64,000 bases of DNA from Planktothrix sp. GU0601_MAG3 (GCA_035193785.1 CP136572.1:1248001-1312000), one strand, 5' to 3'. Counted from the first letter of the stretch, positions 22,612 to 35,011 are shown. The notes: generated by a model not told the origin, from the letters alone. A program made the numbers and translations.

Positions 22612-23709
22612 ATGACAAAAATATTTGACTGTATTATTGTTGGTGCTGGCCCGGCTGGGGGAGCAGCAGCCTATCATTTAGCCAAACGTGGACGTTCGGT
22701 TTTAATTTTAGAAAGGGAAACTTTTCCCCGCTTAAAACCCTGTGGAGGGGGAGTTTCTCCGGCGATCGCCGAATGGTTTGATTTTGATTTTAGTCCGGCA
22801 ATTTCGACAACGGTGGAGCGAATTCGCTACACCTGGCAATTAAATGATGCGGTAGAATCCGATATTCCCGTTCCGATGTGGATGGTGAGGCGGGATGTGT
22901 TTGATCAATTTCTCATCCAACAAGCTAAGGGTCAAGGGGCACAACTCCAAGACAATACAGAAGTTACCGGGATTGAATTTAAAAGCGATCATTGGCAAGT
23001 GAATACCACCACCGAACCCCTAACGGCTAAATATTTAATTGGGGCTGATGGGGCGAAGGGCTCAATGGCTAAATGGTTGGGTTTGAAACAGTCTAAACTG
23101 CGTCAGAGTCAATTTATGGAAGTAGCAACGGATAAACCGTTATTACCCAGTTTTGAATTTGGCATGGTCAAAAATGGTAGTATTTGGGGATTCCCCAAGA
23201 CCGATGGTTACTCCTTGAGTATTGCTACTTTTATCGGGGGAGAACCCAAAAATCTGAAGCAAGACCTACTGGATTATGCTAGTAAAGCGGGTTTAGGTAG
23301 TGCAACTATTTATGACCATCCTCTGTGTCTCTGGGATGGAGATAAAACTTTACATACCCAAAATGCTGTAATTGCCGGGGAAGCTGCCAGTTTAGTTGAT
23401 CCATTATCAGCCGAGGGAATTCGTCCTTCAATTTTGAGTGGGGTCAAAGCCGCAGAGGCAATTGATCGGGCTTTAGGCGGTGTTAGCAATGCCTTAGAAG
23501 GCTATACCCAAGTCATGAAAGATGAATGGGGTACGGATATGGTTTGGGCCGGACGTCTAGGCGGTGCATTCTATCGTTTTCCGAAAGTTGCTTATAAGGC
23601 CGGAGTAAAAATGCCCACCGCCACAAAGATTATGAGTAAAATTTTCTGTGGTCAACTGCGATACGGAGATATTGCCAGTAAGGCAATTAAACAATTAATG
23701 CCCTTTTAA
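22612..23709 (+). CDS. Geranylgeranyl-reductase-family flavoprotein
   Basis: VGAGPAG, KPCGGG, IGADGA, GEAASLVDPLSAEGIRP. Confidence 0.9.
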   Translation: MTKIFDCIIVGAGPAGGAAAYHLAKRGRSVLILERETFPRLKPCGGGVSPAIAEWFDFDFSPAISTTVERIRYTWQLNDAVESDIPVPMWMVRRDVFDQFLIQQAKGQGAQLQDNTEVTGIEFKSDHWQVNTTTEPLTAKYLIGADGAKGSMAKWLGLKQSKLRQSQFMEVATDKPLLPSFEFGMVKNGSIWGFPKTDGYSLSIATFIGGEPKNLKQDLLDYASKAGLGSATIYDHPLCLWDGDKTLHTQNAVIAGEAASLVDPLSAEGIRPSILSGVKAAEAIDRALGGVSNALEGYTQVMKDEWGTDMVWAGRLGGAFYRFPKVAYKAGVKMPTATKIMSKIFCGQLRYGDIASKAIKQLMPF

Positions 23710-23787
23710 TCAGTCATTAGTTATCAGTTATCTAACTAATAACTGATAACTGATAACTAATAACTGATGACTGATTAGGATAGGATT

Positions 23788-26600
23788 ATGAATCGGTTGG
23801 ACAATACACAACAACTTCAATCTAAATTGGATCAACAGGTCTTGCTACATCGGATGACGAACCGTATTCGTCAATCCCTAGAATTATCGGGAATTTTAAC
23901 CGCCACCGTTGCCGAAATTCGTTCCTTTTTGGGAACGGATCGGATTATGATTTATCAATTTAGTCCCGATGGTAGTGGGGAAGTGGTGGCCGAATCTCGC
24001 GATCGCGATCGTCTTCCCTCCCTGTTGGGATTACATTTTCCCGCCGATGATATTCCGCCCCATGCTCGGGAAATGTTTTGTTCCCTGCGTCAACGCACTG
24101 TTGTCAATGTCGGTGAGGGAAGATTTGGGACTAGCAACAACTTGGGAGAAGCTCAAACTCCTTCGGGGATTGACTATCGCAGCCTTGATCCTTGCCACCA
24201 AGCCTATTTAACCGCCATGGGGGTAGGGTCTTCCCTGGCCATTCCGATTTTACTTGACTCCCCCAATTACCCAGTCGGTGAAAGTCCTCTGCTTTGGGGA
24301 TTATTAGTTTCTCACCACGCCGAAACCCCAGGCCATGGTTGAAACAGATATTCAAGTTGTTCAGTTATTAGTAGATCAATTGGCAATTGCGATCACCCAG
24401 GCTAATTTATTAAGCCAAACCCAACAAAAAGCTCGACAGGAAGCCGCCATCAATAGTATTGCTTCCCTACTCCACGAACGCCCCACCATCGAACTACAGG
24501 AGGCATTAGAAGCCACCGTTAAAGCCCTGGATGGAGTGGGGGGACGGCTCTATATTCAGCCCTATTCCCTGAGCCCCACGGAGGTCTTTACGGCGGGTAA
24601 ACAACCGAATCCACCGATGGGTGTTGCTTCAGGGATTTTAGAAGAACATCCCCTCTGGCAATATTGGTTAACTCAAGGTTATGAAACGCCCCCCCATCAT
24701 TCAGGTATACCGAATCAATCCCTCTCTCCTTGGGTGATCACCGATGTTTATAAGGAATATCAATGGCGAGTTTTAATCTCAGCCTTTCAGTCTACATTAA
24801 TTCGAGGATTATTGGTTTTACCAATTCAATCTCGTCAACAATTATTAGGGGTGTTGACTATTTTTCGGGAAGAAATTAATACAGAAACTTTGTGGGCGGG
24901 AGAATTTGATTCGAGTATTGAACAGATGATGCCCCGGCAGTCTTTTGAAATTTGGCGAGAGTCTAAACAGGGACAAGCTCAACCTTGGAAAGAAGCGGAT
25001 TTAACTTTGGCCACAGCATTAGGCTGTAAATTTGCGATGGCGATTCAACAATATCGATTATATCAAGAAATTCAAACCTTAAATATTAATTTAGAACAGC
25101 AAATTGCAGAAAGAACGGATAAACTTCAACGCTCCTTAGATTTTGCTAAAACCTTAGAACGAATTACTGATCAAATTCGTAGGACACTGGACTTAAAAGC
25201 TACTTTATCTTGTTTAGTTCGCGAAGTTAGAGTTTTATTAGATACGGATCGGGTGGTGATTTATCAACTGATTAGCGGACAGGCGGGGGAAGTTGTATTT
25301 GAAGATCGACGGAAATCAATTGGCTCGATTTTGGGGATTAAAACACCCGATGATTGTTTTCCCAAGGAGATGGCGGAGCTTTATCGAGAAGGAAGAATGC
25401 GGGCTATTTCTGATGTTTATCAAGAAAATCTAGCCCCTTGTCATCAAGAATTTTTAGAAAGTTTGTGCGTGAAGGCAAATTTAATTGTGCCGATTAACCA
25501 AGAGTCTAAATTGTGGGGATTATTAATTGCCCATGAATGTACCCAGACTCGTAATTGGGAAGTTGAGGAATTAGATATTTTACAACAATTAGCAGATCAA
25601 GCTGCGATCGCCATTTATCAAACGGAATTGTATCAACAAAGTCTGAAATCCGCCCAAAATGAACAGGCAAAAGCAGAAACAACTGACCCAAACTTTAAAC
25701 GAGTTACAAAAAACCCAAAGTCAACTGATTCAAACGGAAAAAATGTTAAGTTTGGGGCGGTTAGTCGCGGGAGTTGCCCATGAAATTAATAATCCGATTA
25801 ATTTTATTTTTGGCAACTTAATCTATGCCGGTGAATATAGCCAAAATTTATTAACTCTAATTCAACTATATCAACACCATTATCCCTATCCTCAACCGGA
25901 AATTGTTAAATATATCAACACAATTGAGTTAGATTTTATTGCCCAAGATCTCCCTAAAATCTTGGAATCTATGCAGGGGGGGGCCGATCGAATTCGTCAA
26001 TTAGTTTTATCCCTACGGAATTTTGCCCGACTGGATCAAGCGGATTTAAAATTTGTTGATATTCATGAAGGAATTGAAAGTACATTATTGCTATTACAAC
26101 ACCGCCTGAATATTGATTCAGACACTCCATTTCCAGCTATTCAAGTGAAACGACAATATGGCGACCTTCCCCCCGTGGAATGTTACGCCAGCTTGCTCAA
26201 TCAAGTATTTATGAATCTTTTTAGTAATGCCCTAGATGCGTTAGCATTAAAGGACACCGGAGAAAACCAGTCACCGTCCTACGCAGAAAAGACACAACCA
26301 TCTTTAGAAATCCGTACAGCCTTGAGGGATGAAGTCACGGCAGCACCTAAAATTGTGATCTCGATCATTGACAATGGTACGGGTATTCCTAACGCCTTAA
26401 TCCCCCATATTTTCGACCCATTTTTTACCACAAAACCCGTGGGTCAGGGGACTGGGTTGGGGTTATCAATTAGTTATCAAATCATTGTTGAAAAACATCA
26501 TGGATTGCTGCAATGTCTCTCTCACTGGGGAATAGGAACGGAATTTAGAATAGAAATTCCCCTGCGACAATCCTTACCTGATGTTGCTCTCGATGCCTAA
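23788..26600 (+). CDS. Knotless phytochrome (GAF-PHY) + cyanobacteriochrome GAF + histidine kinase (two indels ~24325, ~25680)
   Basis: GAF1 has FPADDIP and DPCH. PHY tongue has WAG and PRQSF. GAF3 has PDDCF and APCH. Kinase has AHEINNP, NALDAL, FDPFFTTK, GTGLGL. Confidence 0.9.
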
Positions 26601-26915
26601 ATTGTGGGGATTGGTAAAGGAAGTAGCTTTCTGGGTGAAGGGGCGGCATATTGTCTCTATCAGAAGGGGGATTGATAGCCGAATTTTTTTGAAGATTGCT
26701 ATAAATTAGGGTGCAAGATTACGGGTGGTGTTTTATACTGAAAAAGTGTGGCAAGTTGATAATAGGTTGATGATATTGACCCCGATTTTAGGACAGGGCA
26801 ATAAAGGAGCGATTTTCACACCAAGACATTGAATTTAATCCGGTCTGGTGACTTGCCAAATTCAGGAAAATTCAAATTTTCCATTGTGATGTTATATGAT
26901 ATTAGGCACCTGTAT

Positions 26916-29079
26916 ATGATCGTAAATCAGCATCAATGGGAGCAGTTACGAGAATGCTGTCTAAATGACAGTGCATTTGCTCAATTGCAGGGTATTTTAA
27001 ACCTAAAACTCTTACCTTATGAACTAGAATTATCTAGTTTGACGGGTTGGGAAGAATTACAGGATCTCGCTGACAATAGCGGGGATAGTTTTGTCGAAAT
27101 TCAAGCTAAGTTACAATCCCATCGCTACAAATCTTTATCAAAAATAATTGGGCAAATTAATCAATGTTTAGAGTTAGAAACCCTGTTGAAAATTACGACG
27201 GAACAACTCCAGCAATATCTTAAAGTTGATCGGGTGGCAATTGTAAAATGGCATGGGGATACTGAAAATATCAAAGGAAAATATATTGCTGAAACGGTAT
27301 TACCTGAGTTTAGATCTTTGTTGAATTTTGAGATCAAAATAGAAGAATTATTGGGTTTTAATCCCACTGAACAAAATTATCAGCCCCTAGCAGTCTCAGA
27401 TATTGATTGTGGCGGATTTAATCCCTTAATGTTGCAATGGATGAGGGACTATCAAGTTAAAGCAAAATTAGGGATTTGTTTATATAACAATCAACAATTA
27501 TGGGGATGTTTATGGGTGTATGATTGTCACCAACGCCGAGATTGGCAACCCGAAGAAATAGAATTTGTCCGTCAAATTGCTCAAAATTTAGAAGTTGCTT
27601 TACGACAAATTGACTATATTGAACAGGTACAAGAACAGGCGAAAACATTGGCGCAGTTAACGGAAAGACAAAAATCCAATGAACAGCAAAAAATATTATA
27701 TCAAGTGATTGAAAAAATCAGAAATTCTTTAGATATTTCTACTATTTTTAACACGACTGCCGCCGAAGTTAGAGCGCTGTTAAATGCAGATCGGGTTGTG
27801 GTTTATCGCTTTAGTTTCTGACTGGTCAGGTTATTTTGTTGCTGAGTCTGTGACGGAAGGATGGAACTCTTTATTTGATACGGTTCCCATGATTCAAGAT
27901 ACCTATTTACAAGAAACTTTAGGAGGACGTTATCGAGATAATCAAACCTATGCTGTTGATGATATTTATACCGCCGGACATGATCCTTGTCATATAAAAT
28001 TGTTAGAACAATTACAGGCTAGATCCTATATTATTGTGCCGATTTTACAGGGACAATTTCTCTGGGGATTACTCGCAGCTTATCAAAATTCCTATCCCCG
28101 TCATTGGCAGGAAGAAGAAGTTAAATTATTAGCTCAAATTGGGACTCAATTCGGAGTAGCTTTACTTCAAGCAGAACTTTATGCTCAAACTAAAAAAAGA
28201 GCTAAAGAATTGGCAGAAGATTTACAACAAACCCAAACTCAATTAGTACAAAGTGAAAAGATGTCTAGTTTAGGACAGCTAGTGGCTGGAGTTGCCCATG
28301 AAATTAATAACCCGGTTAATTTTATTTACGGAAATTTGAGTTATGTCACGGACTACACTAAGGATTTATTAGAGTTAGTTCAATTATATCAAAAACAGTA
28401 TCCCAATATTTCCGAGGAGATTGAAAATAAAATTGAAGAAATAGAATTTGAGTTCATCCAAGAGGATCTCCCCAAGATTTTATCTTCGATGAAAGTTGGG
28501 GCTGACCGGATTCGGCAGTTAGTTTTGTCTTTAAGAAATTTCTCCCGTTTAGATGAGTCTGAGGTGAAAGCGGTTGATATTCACGAGGGGATTGATAGCA
28601 CCCTCTTAATTCTACAACATCGCTTAAAATCTAAACCTGATCGTCCGACAATTGAAGTGATTAAGAAATATGGGAAACTGCCTAAAGTGGAGTGCTATGC
28701 TGCTCAATTGAATCAAGTCTTTATGAATATTATTAGTAATGCTATTGATGAATTGGAATCCTTGTCTAAGACATCTTCAGACACTAAATATTTAGCGATC
28801 TTAATTCAAACTAAGTTGCTTCCAGCCAGCAAAGAACAACCGATGGAACGGGTTAGAATTATGATTCAAGATAATGGTCATGGGATTCCCGATGCCGTAA
28901 AAAAGCGAGTCTTTGATCCCTTTTTTACAACTAAACCGGCGGGAAAAGGGACGGGATTAGGGTTATCAATTAGTTATCAAATTGTGGTGGAAAAACACAA
29001 AGGAATAATTGAATGTCGGGCTTTACCCGAAGAAGGAACAGAGTTTATTGTGGAAATTCCGGTTCATCAAATCGGATAA
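26916..29079 (+). CDS. GAF-GAF(cyanobacteriochrome)-histidine kinase (one indel ~27815)
   Basis: The second GAF has DTYLQETLGGRY and DPCH; kinase has AHEINNP and GKGTGLGL. The first GAF lacks the CH motif. Confidence 0.9.
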
Positions 29080-29080
29080 A

Positions 29081-29308
29081 TTATGCTCCAAATTCCTGAT
29101 CAAAAGGGAAACAGGGAACACCGGATCTGGGAACACCGGATCTGGGAACACCGGATCTGGGAACAGAAATAATACTTCTGGCTGTTTCATATCAGTATTA
29201 AAATGTTACAGCCTCCGTCTCGAAGGCGCGAATTGCTACAGAGTAAAGTTTATTTGCACCAACCCATTACCCATTACCCATTACCCATCACCCATTACCC
29301 ATTACCTA
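29081..29308 (+). repeat. Composite dispersed repeat: conserved head, 3 x 15-bp GGGAACACCGGATCT, AATACTTCTGGCTGTTTC block, then (CCCATTA)n
   Basis: Head TGCTCCAAATTCCTGATCAAAAGGGAAACAGGG matches the reverse complement of ~14698-14731. AATACTTCTGGCTGTTTC recurs at ~41570. Confidence 0.75.
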
Positions 29309-31102
29309 TTATTGAGTTTTTCCAACCCATTCTACTATGCCATCGGCTAAGGTTATTGCTAGTTTTTGTTGTTCTTGGGGATTAACAATCCATTCAAATT
29401 CTTCGGGATTAATCATAAATCCCAATTCCAATAACAAAGATGGGGCGACGGTAGGACGAGTTAAGGCTAAATTATTCCAAAATACGCCATAGGAAGGACG
29501 GTTAAGTTTATTCACTAAATATTCATGTAAAAAGACAGCTAAATCGTGGGCTTGGGGGTTATACCAAAAGGTACTTACTCCTTTTGTTTTGATGGCATCT
29601 CCATTATCGGGTAAGGCATTATAATGAATAGAAAGGGATAAATCTGGTTCCTGTTGATTAATCATATTCACCCGATCTTGGGGGTACAAATCTTCATCCC
29701 CATTGCGGGTCATTAATACCGATGCACCGCGTTTAATTAGTTCGGTTTCTAATAGTTTAGAAACTACTAAATTGACATCTTTTTCAGGATATCCCGTCGG
29801 CCCTTTTGACCCTAAATCATTGGGACTACCATGACCGGGATCAATTAAAATTTTTAACCCCGATAAGGGTAAGTTAGATTGGAGGCGCGGGGGATTTTTC
29901 AGAGATAAAACTAAAGTTGTGCCATCATAACGGAGTTTATAACCCCATTGTTGTTTGGTTTTAAAATGAAACGTGTATTGCACCGCATTTTGTGATTCTC
30001 CTTGGGGAGATAAAATCGGTTGCCAATCCATACGCGAAATTAAGGGATTATCATTAAACCGAATCGTATCGGTTTTTGCTGTTGTGTTATGGAGGGTTAG
30101 GGTTAAACTCTGATCCTCTTGTTTAACGGTGATTGGAACTGGCACTTGTAGAGGAAAAGAAACCTCCAACCAATCCCCAACTTGACGAGAACTAGCACTT
30201 TTAATTAAGGAATTCGGCGGGACTGACTCGGTGGTGATCTTGGTTTCACTGGCTTTAATCCAGCCCCCATAATCGAGGTGTAAATAATCTCCTTGTCGTC
30301 CGATAATGGTGGCACGGGTTCCCTTGGGTAAAGGAGTTAAACGGGAATGATCGCTACTGGGGCCAGTGCGGGCGACACCTTCATCTACGATGACTTCAGC
30401 TACTTCAAATTGCATGGGAGAAAGAACAGAAATTTGCCCCGTTGCCCGTTGGGTAATGGTTTGATTATTCAGGGTTAATTGATATTTCGGTTGACCTAAA
30501 TCTAAGGATTTTTGGGAGGCAGAAAATGGCAAATTCTCGGCGATTTTTCCACATCCTTGATATTTTACGGTGTCGGATTTTATCGGTTGATTAGTTCCAG
30601 TTAAAACTGCTGTGTTGTCGGGTAATTCTAAGCTCTGAAACTGGGGTGATAAAGATAGGATTTGTCCGGCTAATTCAACAGAAACCGTTGACTTTTTCGG
30701 AGCGATCGCACTAAAACAAAGTAACTCACCAGGAAGGATAGCCAAATTCTCAGAGGGAGTCAATGAATCCTTGAAAAAGCTGACTGGATCTAAAGAAATA
30801 CCGTCAGTTGAAATTCGAGTAATATTCAGTTTGATTTTTTGATCTTTGTAGCGTAAAATGAAGTTGTTTTCCCCAAGTTGCAATGGAAATGTGGGTGCAA
30901 AGTGACCAGCTTGGCTTCGGGGAATTACTTGACCATTAATTGAAACTTCTCCATCAGGTGTTGCTGTTCCAATCAAAAAAATACGGTCAGATGTTGTTTT
31001 GTGATCTAGGGGCGGATAGGCAATATATAAAGGTTGTTCCGCCGCTGTTGAAGATACCAAGACCATACTGATCACCGTTGTTAGTCCCAGAATTTGTTTC
31101 AT
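29309..31102 (-). CDS. N-acetylmuramoyl-L-alanine amidase (Amidase_3) with SH3-like region
   Basis: Signal peptide, ILIDPGHG, EKDVNL, SIHYNA, LLELGFMINP. Confidence 0.93.
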   Translation of the reverse strand: MKQILGLTTVISMVLVSSTAAEQPLYIAYPPLDHKTTSDRIFLIGTATPDGEVSINGQVIPRSQAGHFAPTFPLQLGENNFILRYKDQKIKLNITRISTDGISLDPVSFFKDSLTPSENLAILPGELLCFSAIAPKKSTVSVELAGQILSLSPQFQSLELPDNTAVLTGTNQPIKSDTVKYQGCGKIAENLPFSASQKSLDLGQPKYQLTLNNQTITQRATGQISVLSPMQFEVAEVIVDEGVARTGPSSDHSRLTPLPKGTRATIIGRQGDYLHLDYGGWIKASETKITTESVPPNSLIKSASSRQVGDWLEVSFPLQVPVPITVKQEDQSLTLTLHNTTAKTDTIRFNDNPLISRMDWQPILSPQGESQNAVQYTFHFKTKQQWGYKLRYDGTTLVLSLKNPPRLQSNLPLSGLKILIDPGHGSPNDLGSKGPTGYPEKDVNLVVSKLLETELIKRGASVLMTRNGDEDLYPQDRVNMINQQEPDLSLSIHYNALPDNGDAIKTKGVSTFWYNPQAHDLAVFLHEYLVNKLNRPSYGVFWNNLALTRPTVAPSLLLELGFMINPEEFEWIVNPQEQQKLAITLADGIVEWVGKTQ

Positions 31103-31289
31103 TAGTGTTGTTTGAATTGGTACTTACCCATTGTATCGATTTAGGGAGTATGGTAGTACCCCATTTTCTTCCTATTTTGGGTAGGATTAATTTTTATTGC
31201 TATCAAACAATAAGAATTGATTTGCATGAATTTTCTGAATTAGGGTATTAGGGTGCAGCCAGGACAAATAGCCACAAGGAAACCATACT

Positions 31290-31742
31290 ATGAACCATGA
31301 GTTTTTCAGCCTGACGGAAAATGACTATATTGTTAAGTTGGGCAAAGATGCCTTCACTATTTCACGATTAAAAGAATTAATTGCCATTCAGTTAGAGGAG
31401 CATATCATTAATTATGGAGACTTTTTTAATTTGACGTTTTCTCCCGCTAAACATAATGATTTTTGCTTTGATATGCGCAGTGTTCAGTTAATGTTTCCTT
31501 TCGAGGGGATGAGCGGTTATTTACTTCCCCTTGGTTCTAAGGATTGGATTCCGGGTCAGGTGAGAATTCAAGCCAATTTAAAACTAGATCCTGAAACTTT
31601 AGAGCAAAGTTTTTCCGTTGATATTCAGTTCGCTGCGGATGAACCTCGACTAACGGATATTTTTCACTATCCCAGCAATTTTCAGGAAGATCAAACTCCT
31701 AATCATGGACTTTCTTCCTGCCATTTGCTCCATCAATCTTAA
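31290..31742 (+). CDS. KGK-domain-like cyanobacterial protein
   Basis: EGMSGYLLPLGSKDWIPGQVRI...IQFAADEP resembles the EG..C.IL..G...W.KGK.RI...EF.PDEP pattern. Confidence 0.65.
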   Translation: MNHEFFSLTENDYIVKLGKDAFTISRLKELIAIQLEEHIINYGDFFNLTFSPAKHNDFCFDMRSVQLMFPFEGMSGYLLPLGSKDWIPGQVRIQANLKLDPETLEQSFSVDIQFAADEPRLTDIFHYPSNFQEDQTPNHGLSSCHLLHQS

Positions 31743-31853
31743 ATTTTAATCAATTTAGGGCGTCTAATGTTTTTCCATCCCACAGCCAAATTAGGATTGC
31801 ATTCTATCTGGCTGTAGGGTGCTGTTTGAAAGCATACCCCGGTTTTTATGTTT

Positions 31854-32264
31854 TCAAAAGGCAAATCGCAACCAACGATTGAGGGTATTGATAGAGCGAT
31901 CGCACCAAGAAGGTTGGGGTATACCTTGATTTTGACTTTCCCATTGGTCGATTAATTGTCGTCCGAGGGGGGTGAGGCGAAAACTATCCGTAATCCCCTG
32001 ACCATCAACTTCTCGACGCAGTACCCCCACCTGAATCAGCCATAACAGGGTATTTTCTGCGGCTAGTTCCGTGAGAGCCACACGGGTATAGGCAGAACTG
32101 ACCCCAGACTCCCCCGCCATTGCAGTCAGACTAACACTGTTAAACCTGATCGTGGTGAACAGTGACAGTTGAAAGGGAGAACACCGAATTGCCCGTTCTG
32201 CCCGTTTCAAGGTGCGTTCAGAATATTCAATTGAAGACTTACCTGGAGATTCCAAAACGGTCAT
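31854..32264 (-). CDS. Conserved cyanobacterial protein (Npun_F0494-like)
   Basis: RAERAIRCSPF, WLIQVGVLRREVDGQGITDSFRLTPLGR. Confidence 0.85.
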   Translation of the reverse strand: MTVLESPGKSSIEYSERTLKRAERAIRCSPFQLSLFTTIRFNSVSLTAMAGESGVSSAYTRVALTELAAENTLLWLIQVGVLRREVDGQGITDSFRLTPLGRQLIDQWESQNQGIPQPSWCDRSINTLNRWLRFAF

Positions 32265-32315
32265 AACGCTGGTATGGGATAACGTTCTTTTTTTTACTGT
32301 ATCCCAGATGAAGGG

Positions 32316-32550
32316 TTAAGAGCGAAAGAATTGATGGCGATATAACACCATCTCACCGTGGTCGGGAAACCCAAGCCACCCATTCATCCTCCGTCACCTG
32401 ACATAAAAGCAACGCCTGATCATGGCTATAGGGATTGGGTTTTTCCCGCATCTGTACCCAGGTAAAGGGATTAAATTCCGAAGTATACCCCACAATAGGT
32501 TGCCATTGGGGTTGAGTCTCCGTATTCGCTTGTTTGAGATGAAGTTTCAT
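32316..32550 (-). CDS. Small conserved hypothetical protein (one indel ~32368)
   Basis: PNPYSHDQALLLCQ...WVAWV; removing one T restores WVPDHGEMVLYRHQFFRS* ending at 32316. Confidence 0.7.
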
Positions 32551-32922
32551 AATTTTTTGTCCCTTGTCAACCGTTGATGCTCAAGTTCTAGGGTTCTGAA
32601 CCTGATAAATAAAATTATTTCTGTATTCAGAGTTACATAATTATCAATACAATCCCAGTTTCTGTTGCATAACTTAATGGTTGCTATACTATTAGGGCGG
32701 AGTTTAACCACAGGGATGCTAAGGATTACCGCCACAACATAACGATAATCGGAGGCTAGACTGCCAGCCATCGGGAGAATCAGAGAAGTTGTCAAGAGTT
32801 TTTCCTGAGAACTCAGTGTAATTACGGAATATAGTTGATATACTTGAACTACGAAGGCAGTTTTGTTATCGTTGGCTGCCCTGGTTGAAGAATTTGAGGT
32901 TTAATTAGGGGGTAAAACGATT

Positions 32923-33144
32923 ATGGTTTCTAGCCTAACATTAAAAAAAACAATCCCATGGGTTAGCTGTCTGCCCTTAAGTATGGCTCTAGTTTTCACA
33001 TTAGGGGCAGAGTTCGAGACGACTGCCCAGGTCAATCTTGCTCAGTTGTATAAACACCTGGACACCTCGCAGTTAATCTGTGAATATGTCCCTGACAATA
33101 TGGGGCCCCCCCCGGCGGGAGACGGTTCAGGTTCTCGGACTTAA
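32923..33144 (+). CDS. Small putative secreted peptide with C-terminal YVP...GPP...GSGSR motif
   Basis: 73 aa, G-rich RBS (AGGGGG) upstream, signal-peptide-like N-terminus; the stop overlaps the nadB stop. Confidence 0.6.
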   Translation: MVSSLTLKKTIPWVSCLPLSMALVFTLGAEFETTAQVNLAQLYKHLDTSQLICEYVPDNMGPPPAGDGSGSRT

Positions 33145-34854
33145 TCTAAAACTGGCGAAGATTTCCAGATTTGGTTTTTTTGAATTAGGGTATGTACTTG
33201 CCAGTTTGGGTCTGACTGCGGGTAATCTTGTCGATAATGACCCCCACGACTTTCGAGGCGAAACGCCGCACTCTTCAAAATTAACTCCCCAATACTCAGC
33301 AAGTTATGGGTTTCCCCCCACTGTTTTAGGTCGCCGTGGGCGATTTCTTGTATTTCCATTTCAGCCGAAGAATTCGGATGTAGAGTCGATAAAAATTGGC
33401 TGATGGGTAAGGCTAAAAATTCTTCTGACCATGCTTCCACCTGCATTAATCCCTCCTGCAAATGATCGGACTGGCGACATATCCCCGCACTCCGCCAGAG
33501 AACATCTGGCAACTGCGATCTAATGGTTTTAATTCTAGCATATTGTTCTTGCCATTGGGCGGCGGGTGACACCCTCTGGGATACGGGAGCAGCCCCCCCC
33601 ACAAACGATTCAGTTTCAGCAAAATTGAGATTTTCAATTAATGCCATTTGAGCCCCGAACACTAAACATTCTAGCAAAGAATTACTCGCTAAACGGTTCG
33701 CCCCGTGCACTCCCGTACTGGCAGTTTCACCCACGGCATAAAGTCCGGGGATAGAAGTTTGACTTTGGTTATCGGTAACAATACCCCCCATCCAATAATG
33801 GGCGGCGGGGGTAACGGGAATTGGTTCATGGAGAATATCAACCCCCCACTGTTGACAGACCTGAATAATATTCGGAAATCGATACTGGATTTTCTCAGAT
33901 GGAATTGACCGTAAATCTAACCAAACCTGGTCAGTATTAGCCCCTGGGATTTGCCGTAATTTTTGTAAATGGCTAAAAATTGCCCGACTCACAATATCTC
34001 TGGGGGCTAATTCTCCCCGGTCGTCATAATCAAATACAAATCTGTGCCCCTGGGAATCAATCAGGTGGGCACCTTCCCCCCGTACCGCCTCACTAATTAA
34101 AAATCGGGGTGCCCCGGGTTTGGTTAGGGCCGTGGGGTGAAACTGGAAAAACTCTAAATCTCGGAGTAGTGCTCCCGCTCTCCAAGCCATCGCCACCCCG
34201 TCCCCGGTACTTACGGCCGGGTTGGTGGTATGGGCAAAGACTTGACCTCCTCCTCCGGTTGCCAAGACAACGGCCTTGGCCTTCACCCAACAAATATGAC
34301 TGTTATGAATTAAGCTGACTCCCTGACACCGTTGACCCGAGGCATCCATCCATAAATCCAGGGCAAAGGCGGGGGAAATAATTTTAATATTCGGTCTTTC
34401 TAAAACTCTTTCTGTCAGGGTTGTAATTACTGCACGTCCGGTTGTATCGGCGGCGTGTAGGACTCGGTGGCGGGAGTGGGCGGCTTCTAAGGTGAGGGCT
34501 AACTGACTTTGGTGGCGGTCAAAAGCTACTCCTAATTCGACTAAACGCTGAATACATTCGGGGGCGTGATTCACCAGAAACTCCACCGCCGACCGTTTCA
34601 CATAACCCCGCCCCGGCCTTTAAGGTATCTTCTAAATGCAAACTGGGAGAGTCATCGGTTGAAATCGCTGCTGCAATGCCTCCTTGGGCCCAATCACTGG
34701 CGGACATGGGTAAAACATCTTTACTGACTAAGCCAATGCTCAAATGTTCGGGTAAACAAAGGGCGGTATATAATCCGGCTGCCCCGGTTCCCACTACCAA
34801 TACATCAAAGGTTAGGGGAAACTCGGACGGGAAGGAAAGATCAGTGGAGGTCAT
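33141..34854 (-). CDS. nadB: L-aspartate oxidase (one indel ~34595)
   Basis: VVGTGAAGL, SDWAQGGIAA, QFHPT, SEAVRGEG, HYWMGG, HGANRLASNSLLE, ESRGGHYR. Confidence 0.96.
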
Positions 34855-35011
34855 GGGTCAGTGCCAGAATCAAGGGTTGGTTTCAAGTCCAGACGGATTT
34901 CAACAGATTAAACTAACTTTAAGGATTATGTTAACTTTTTAAGTCTGTTGGCATAATCCTAGCATTCTGACCTGGGAATCGCAGGATGCAAGCCCTAAAT
35001 TCATTCATGGG

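Noticed and set aside
32923..33144. patX/patS
   Set aside because: Lacks the defining RG(S/T)GR pentapeptide (it has DGSGSR).
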